From contig JBDRWI010000039.1 in assembly GCA_039802265.1 (NCBI GenBank), positions 1 through 22,193 of the forward strand: 22,193 nt of DNA. The letters are read 5' to 3'. A program made the translations under genes and the position numbers. A model generated the notes under the pieces. The model ran no database searches. It saw nothing but the letters and a program-made list of their open reading frames with translations, and was not told the origin of the DNA. This DNA comes from a candidate division WOR-3 bacterium. GTDB taxonomy: Bacteria > Hydrothermota > Tepidihabitantia > SM23-42 > JAOAFX01. Of this stretch, positions 17,901 through 22,193 are shown in pieces (position 1 is the stretch's first letter; every line of letters begins with the position of its first letter).

Positions 17901-18476
17901 ATCCACATTATTAGAGATACCCATTGAATCCCCATATAAAACTGCACCCTGATTGGATGTTCCATATCTATTTACCGCCAAGTCCAGATAACCGTCTTTA
18001 TTGAAGTCAGCGAGATAACAGGTCTCGTTAATTACATTGCCTAAATAAATATCAATGTAATTATTGGGATTCGGTCCTGATGAAGCGCCCCGGAACATCC
18101 TTACTTTACTCGATGACTGTTGTTGGGCAACGAATAAATCAGGGTATCCATCATGGTTTATGTCTCCGGCATTACAACCGATTGAACCAATGGTGCCTGT
18201 TGGATAGTATGTAACATTCACTGGATTATAGCCACTTGCACTGCCCCAATAGACATAAGAATAGTCTGACTGTTCATTGGTTATTACAATATCCAGATAG
18301 CCGTCGCAATTTAAATCCCATCTTGAAGCAAATTCAATAGTTCCGCTGTCTCGCTGTGATGCATAAATATTACACTCATAAATTCCATCCTTGAAATCTT
18401 CCTGAGTAGTTTCAAGCCATTGATTCTCGGCGAAGCCAATAGTCGTGAATAAGAAATAATATAATAATTTTTTCAC
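14802..18476 (-). CDS. large secreted FG-GAP/VCBS repeat protein with five Ig-like repeats and a C-terminal FlgD-Ig/T9SS-like domain
   Basis: Signal peptide MKKLLYYFLFTTIGFA; seven D(L/F/I)(N/D)xDGYxD-type repeats with YWGS; five ~120-aa repeats starting xxEP(D/N) or xxFPD; C-terminal NPF..T...F.LP...V.L.VY...G.LVR.L.....G.....WDGKNDAG....GVY. GTG start overlaps the upstream TGA. Confidence 0.9.
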   Translation of the reverse strand: MKKLLYYFLFTTIGFAENQWLETTQEDFKDGIYECNIYASQRDSGTIEFASRWDLNCDGYLDIVITNEQSDYSYVYWGSASGYNPVNVTYYPTGTIGSIGCNAGDINHDGYPDLFVAQQQSSSKVRMFRGASSGPNPNNYIDIYLGNVINETCYLADFNKDGYLDLAVNRYGTSNQGAVLYGDSMGISNNVDIFPSYNNRRNIESADFDRDGWLDLLELNGLNNSCYLYWGSDSGFSENNREVLPCAGDSPNGASVADLNNDQYLDIVISTWSNGVTAYIYTGGPNGFSLWQTLLPGGCFGGNAVADLNYDGYLDILFLKGYGVEENPLIYWGSASGYSESNKTAIGFPIDASGGLIADFDYNGYLDILVNNYSYPPEPSYILNGPNYNSIMVQLPNARDDCSMFREIGNVYNRKYYEDYISSVFDAGEVVAWGVVDWDDSLPPGSSIAFFVRSGNTPNPDTSWSDWDSLGKNDDIPDSLNSRYLQYRARLRYTNPSYLPYLFEVRIGYGSAVRLILEPNQADSTLPNVRVDYSIRVINIGIGLDTVDLVYQHDTNWQVGLFDSTGTIPLIDHNNNLIPDVIININDTVPIVLSVTPPSSAQGGEVDSLRLIGNSNINPLLVDTVYITTTIRHIAAILVEPDRVGSTVAGVPIGYDLWVYNQGTNRDTVDLYYNHNKPWGVVLLDSTGSPLTDHNNNGLVDLWVSSSDSVRFRLVVYSPDTALAGEADTLVLTGRSGLNPSVTDNATIITIIEGMGSIIIFPDQQATGLPGDWVNFVLSCRNNQNFTDTIDLRYIDQFGYSYQLLDSLGNQLVDHNGNGLVDLSGVGPLGGEVDFNLRVLVPANMPSGTRDTILVYGYSGRDSTVRDSSVCVLMVGTVAQVLFEPDCSDSAGCGDSIDYLLWVNNLGNAGDVIDLSIIGGGFSYTLRDLGGNLLMDTDGDGLVDLGLVSGFGGCESLVVRVKVPLVNPGVVDTVFVRAISSNNTVVFDDVVLMTGSLGGIWGLLVEPDQGSRVEVGGGVSYPLWVVLRANLSDVVNIKSSDVVSGWQVELLDKGGSLLRDNNQDGLVDLGVVNPDVSKDFVVRVSAPDTFSFSGLLDSLIYFDLVVYGECSMREEVRDSVVLRTILVPPFGVHNFRNPFRDRTQFIFSLPKSGRVNLEVYTRAGELVRRLITNRHYDFGIHYYPWDGKNDAGKRLAPGVYIYVFDFYADDGEHKTAKKKAVIIK

Positions 18477-20356
18477 TTCAGCCTTATTATTTTTTTACTG
18501 ATATTCCAATTTTCTTGGTTTATTTTTTGAAGGTTTAAAATCACAAAGTAAATACCTGATTCAACGCTACGATTGGAATTGGTATCTCCATCCCACCAAA
18601 GGCAATAATGACCTTGTTTATAAAATCTATTTTTGATAATATCTTTTATCAATCTTCCTGAACAATCATAAATCTGTAAGTTGACTATTCCTCTATCAGG
18701 GATTATAAAAGAAATCTGCGTCTTACTGCTATATTGAGGGTTAACATTGAGGCCCAACGAATTGAAAAATTTTGAGTGTAGATTTTCATTTACACCAGGT
18801 GCCTGATGATAGAAAACCTTTATACTATCAAACGAAAAAACCGAAGTTCTCTTATAATCTGTTGTGAAAATGCACCGGTACTGAAGATATCTTTTTCCAG
18901 CAAGCAGCGTATCGGTTGCCCCATTGGATAATAAAACCCACCTTCCCCAAGCAGTCGTATCAAGTGCACCCCTTACCCACACCGAGCACGTAACTCCAAT
19001 AGGAAAATTTCCCCACCATTTCACTGAATCAACAACTATTGTATTACCAGCATCAAAAACACTTGATAAATACCTCTCTTTATTTGACCTATCCCAGATA
19101 TTCCCTAAGTCTTCCCACACCGCATCATCACAATTGTCCGGGAAGGTGAATTTTCTTGTGGAGTCAAATCCAATTAAGCTATTCCAATAGAGATATGTTG
19201 GACCGTAAATGCCCCCTGCGAGTAAATCCTTTAATCCATCATTATTCCAGTCGGCAACATTGATTACCATCGGAGCATCCTCAACCGGTAATTGCACCCT
19301 TGATTGATATTGGGGACCCCACCAGATTGAACATGCACCATCATAGCGATGGCTTAATGCTATGTCAATTGCACCATCATTGTTAACATCCTCACAAGAT
19401 ATATCACCTTTACCTGAACCCGGTAAGAAAGTGCGATTACTGACTGAATATCCGACAGATGACCCCCAATATATGCAGGATGAATCGCTGTTTTGAGCAA
19501 ATACTACATCAAGAAAACCATCCATATTCAGGTCTGCAATTGAATGGTCATAGTTAGGAGAAGCCGGTAAATCCTGATAGGAGACAAAATTAGCCCCCCA
19601 GAAGATTCTAATAGTACCATTCTGATTATGGGAAACTGAAATATCAAGTAGACCATCATTATTCAAATCAGCAATGTTTATACCCGAAGCTATACCTGCG
19701 GGACAATTCAGGACATAGATGGGCTCAGTGTTTGCAAAAGGAGGTGGTCCAGGATAGATATAAGTGATTGTTCCTCCACTCACCAATATATCCAGATAAC
19801 CATCATTATTGATATCACATGGCTGTAAATCCTGTGTATAGGGAGGACCATACTTTACCGAATCATCAGGTGTTAATGAATAACCGGTTGCCGAACCATA
19901 AAATATAGACCCCCGCCCCGGGTCATAAGATGCAATCAATATATCCTGATAACCATCGCAATTTAAGTCAGCAAGCGAGATACCCTGCGGATTTAAAGAG
20001 AATCCTGTAAGGTTTGTATAATTTGATGTATTAAATCCATTAGCGGAATTCCAATATATCCTTGCTGTGCCTTGTTGAAACCAATCAAGAACAACATCTA
20101 AGTACCCATCATCATTTAAATCCCAGTCTCGACCAATTATTCGCACCCCCCCTGAGAAAGGTGAATAGACATAACCACCAATCTCCCATCTTCTAATTTC
20201 CGCCGAGTTCCATTGGGTAGCAGTATCACCACCTAAATAGTAATACTCAAAGCCATCAACAAAATCTGAATGGTTCTTTTCAACCCAGACACCTTCAGCA
20301 AAAAGAATGAAAAACGGCAGGCACATCAAATACGAAAGATGGAGATAACCCACCAT
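18473..20356 (-). CDS. secreted FG-GAP/VCBS repeat protein with a C-terminal FlgD-Ig/T9SS-like domain
   Basis: Hydrophobic N-terminus; seven D(L/I/V/W)NxDGxxD repeats; SSVFDAG and RYLQYR shared with the downstream paralog; IYDCSGRLIK..WDG...SGIYF tail; SD AGGGGGAG. Confidence 0.9.
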   Translation of the reverse strand: MVGYLHLSYLMCLPFFILFAEGVWVEKNHSDFVDGFEYYYLGGDTATQWNSAEIRRWEIGGYVYSPFSGGVRIIGRDWDLNDDGYLDVVLDWFQQGTARIYWNSANGFNTSNYTNLTGFSLNPQGISLADLNCDGYQDILIASYDPGRGSIFYGSATGYSLTPDDSVKYGPPYTQDLQPCDINNDGYLDILVSGGTITYIYPGPPPFANTEPIYVLNCPAGIASGINIADLNNDGLLDISVSHNQNGTIRIFWGANFVSYQDLPASPNYDHSIADLNMDGFLDVVFAQNSDSSCIYWGSSVGYSVSNRTFLPGSGKGDISCEDVNNDGAIDIALSHRYDGACSIWWGPQYQSRVQLPVEDAPMVINVADWNNDGLKDLLAGGIYGPTYLYWNSLIGFDSTRKFTFPDNCDDAVWEDLGNIWDRSNKERYLSSVFDAGNTIVVDSVKWWGNFPIGVTCSVWVRGALDTTAWGRWVLLSNGATDTLLAGKRYLQYRCIFTTDYKRTSVFSFDSIKVFYHQAPGVNENLHSKFFNSLGLNVNPQYSSKTQISFIIPDRGIVNLQIYDCSGRLIKDIIKNRFYKQGHYCLWWDGDTNSNRSVESGIYFVILNLQKINQENWNISKKIIRLK

Positions 20357-20380
20357 ATTTCTCCCCCTTTTTACATTAAC

Positions 20381-20408
20381 ATTATAATCATTACTTTTCT
20401 CCCGTCAA
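20381..20408 (-). promoter_or_regulatory. sigma70-type promoter for the FG-GAP gene pair
   Basis: TTGACG (20408-20403), 16 nt, TATAAT (20386-20381). Confidence 0.75.
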
Positions 20409-20496
20409 GGTCCTTGTGCAAGCATAGAGGAACTAAATTATCAGTCTATGGACGAAATCTAAGGTAATCCTTTAAAGAAATGCAATACTCAAAAAT

Positions 20497-21996
20497 CTAT
20501 TTGATTACCCTGAGCAGATAAAATTCAGGAGGCGTTGTTTTATGGACAATCTCATAACGACTGGCGGCTTTTTGAATTACCGGAACAAGGTAGCGCGAAG
20601 TAGTACCTGTCCAGTAAAAATTGTCTAAGATAATGTAGTCAGCAATACTTATAGCATTGTTAATTTTCTCAATATCAGCAGTAAATGGATAACAGAAAGA
20701 CTTATGCCGAGAAAGTAGATATACAAATTCTGGCTTACGTGCCATAATGACTTTTTCGCGGGGAATGTTTCTATTTATCCACTCAATTACTTCAAAATAT
20801 CGTCGCCAATCTGTTGTATAACCTGCGAATTTATCTCCTTTGATATAAGCTAAATTATTAACGAGGGTTCTCTTTGCCTCAGGGATAAACCATAAGACAT
20901 TAAGAAAAATCATAATTCCTGCTATAACTGTAACAAAATACTTTGATTTCAATTTTGTTTGCAACCAGAAAAGAATAACAAAAAAGTAGATGATAAACAA
21001 TGGCAATACAGGTAGAAGGAATCGGTCTGAAGACCAAACCCGGGGCCAGATAAGAAGTATCACTATTGCGAAAATAAAATAAACTTCAACCAGAGAATAA
21101 TTATTAATTCTTTTAATAAAACCCACAATGCTCAAGGAAAAAAAGACTAATCCAAAGACAACAAGAAGTATGTCCGATTGCAATAAGGGTAAAATCGTCT
21201 GTGGTATAATTGTAATTGAATATAAAAGAAAGTTCTGCGATATTCTTGATAATAAATCTAATACACCGATTTTACCAAGTTCCATTTGATATGGATTTTT
21301 AGCAAGTAACTGAGCAACATAACCGGTATTGTCAGGAATACGAGAACTTCTTATTTCCCAGGGGAAAAAGAAGGTCAGAAAGATTATCAAAAAAATCACC
21401 AAATTTAAATAGCGTTTTTTCAAAAAAGTATACACAATAAAAGCGAAGATAAGTGCTATTCCCGCGGTTCTAATGAAAAAGGCGTAGGTGGCAAAGATAC
21501 TTGAAATGATAAAGTAGAGAGAGTTATTTTTAGCAGAATTTTTGAGCGAAAAATACAAGGCACCCAAAGAAAAGAATAAAAAAGGAATCTCAGAGAGAAG
21601 CCAATGGTTATAAATAATGAATATAGGAATAGATAGATAAAAAAGTACTACAATTTTTGCATGGTCTTTAAAGATTATTTGAATAATCTTGGTCATAAAA
21701 AATAGAGCCCCGGACCCTATTAACAAAATTAAAAATTTTAATATGATTATATTTTCGCCAAAAACAAGAATGAATATTGATAAAAGTAAAGGAAATCCAG
21801 GGGGATACTGTGTATGTAGTGGCTCTTCTGGCCGTTCAATATTCCTATAACCCTTACCAGAAATAATTGATTTAGCGAGTATTACATAGACCGCATTATC
21901 GCCACCGGTGAAGAGTTTTGGGTCAAATAAAAGAATAGAAAGAATAATATATATAATAAGCAATGTAAGAGTAGAAATATCTTTCTTTTTTGTCAT
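20497..21996 (-). CDS. GT-C fold membrane glycosyltransferase (ArnT/PMT-like)
   Basis: First TM followed by GDNAVY..LAKSI..GKGY, YPPGFPLLL, LLSEIPF, FIRTAG, RFLLP; about 11-13 TM segments and a soluble C-terminal domain. Confidence 0.82.
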   Translation of the reverse strand: MTKKKDISTLTLLIIYIILSILLFDPKLFTGGDNAVYVILAKSIISGKGYRNIERPEEPLHTQYPPGFPLLLSIFILVFGENIIILKFLILLIGSGALFFMTKIIQIIFKDHAKIVVLFYLSIPIFIIYNHWLLSEIPFLFFSLGALYFSLKNSAKNNSLYFIISSIFATYAFFIRTAGIALIFAFIVYTFLKKRYLNLVIFLIIFLTFFFPWEIRSSRIPDNTGYVAQLLAKNPYQMELGKIGVLDLLSRISQNFLLYSITIIPQTILPLLQSDILLVVFGLVFFSLSIVGFIKRINNYSLVEVYFIFAIVILLIWPRVWSSDRFLLPVLPLFIIYFFVILFWLQTKLKSKYFVTVIAGIMIFLNVLWFIPEAKRTLVNNLAYIKGDKFAGYTTDWRRYFEVIEWINRNIPREKVIMARKPEFVYLLSRHKSFCYPFTADIEKINNAISIADYIILDNFYWTGTTSRYLVPVIQKAASRYEIVHKTTPPEFYLLRVIK

Positions 21997-22007
21997 GCTG
22001 ACTGGAT

Positions 22008-22035
22008 AGTATATTTAGAAACTGAAGCGTGTCAA
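22008..22035 (-). promoter_or_regulatory. sigma70-type promoter, very short leader
   Basis: TTGACA (22035-22030), 16 nt, TATACT (22013-22008); 11 nt to ATG 21996, no SD. Confidence 0.75.
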
Positions 22036-22066
22036 TAAAAAGGTTTATTAGATTTTGTATATTTGT

Positions 22067-22193
22067 CTATTTTATTATCACGGCCTTTTTCTTGGCGGTT
22101 TTGTGCTCACCATCATCAGCATAAAAATCAAAGACATAGATATAAACACCAGGAGCCAGCCTCTTACCCGCATCATTCTTCCCATCCCAGGGA
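22067..22193 (-). CDS. 3' end of a gene with the same C-terminus as the 1224-aa surface protein (FlgD-Ig tail); runs off the right edge
   Basis: Translates to ..PWDGKNDAGKRLAPGVYIYVFDFYADDGEHKTAKKKAVIIK*, identical to the C-terminus of 14802-18476. Confidence 0.88.
   Translation of the reverse strand, partial: PWDGKNDAGKRLAPGVYIYVFDFYADDGEHKTAKKKAVIIK

Noticed and set aside
1680..20467. Remaining short ORF-track entries overlapping long genes (e.g. 3126-3428, 4941-5375, 6253-6576, 8636-8908, 10684-10980, 16129-16455, 16976-17368)
   Set aside because: Antisense or alternate-frame shadows of well-supported genes with no recognisable motifs.
14802..22193. Diversity-generating retroelement (TR/VR pair) explanation for the 127-bp repeat
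   Set aside because: The copies are identical with no adenine-specific mismatches, both look like coding 3' ends, and no reverse transcriptase is in the window.

Overview
AT-rich bacterial chromosomal window using genetic code 11; the C-terminal FlgD-Ig/T9SS-like sorting domains suggest an FCB-group organism such as WOR-3 (inference). Housekeeping and envelope genes are nth, a Wzx-type flippase, purH, apgM, cmk, rfbA-rfbC-rfbB and a GT-C glycosyltransferase. Secreted proteins include an Ig-like/alpha-2-macroglobulin-type lipoprotein start and two FG-GAP repeat surface proteins, plus the 3' end of another gene that is 127/127 identical to the 3' end of the larger one. The standout is an 868-aa protein (1687-4293): a membrane-embedded M50/site-2-protease-like HExxH domain fused to a circularly permuted enolase (barrel first, capping domain last) that keeps essentially all catalytic residues. 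It is followed by an HtpX-like M48 protease with a GYF-like segment and two zinc ribbons. Other signals: six of seven recognisable sigma70-type promoters have a 16-bp spacer and several give leaderless or very short-leader mRNAs; an AT-rich palindromic motif recurs in several intergenic regions; the 443-958 spacer is hairpin-dense and holds a probable gene remnant. No rRNA, tRNA, CRISPR array or intact transposase was seen.
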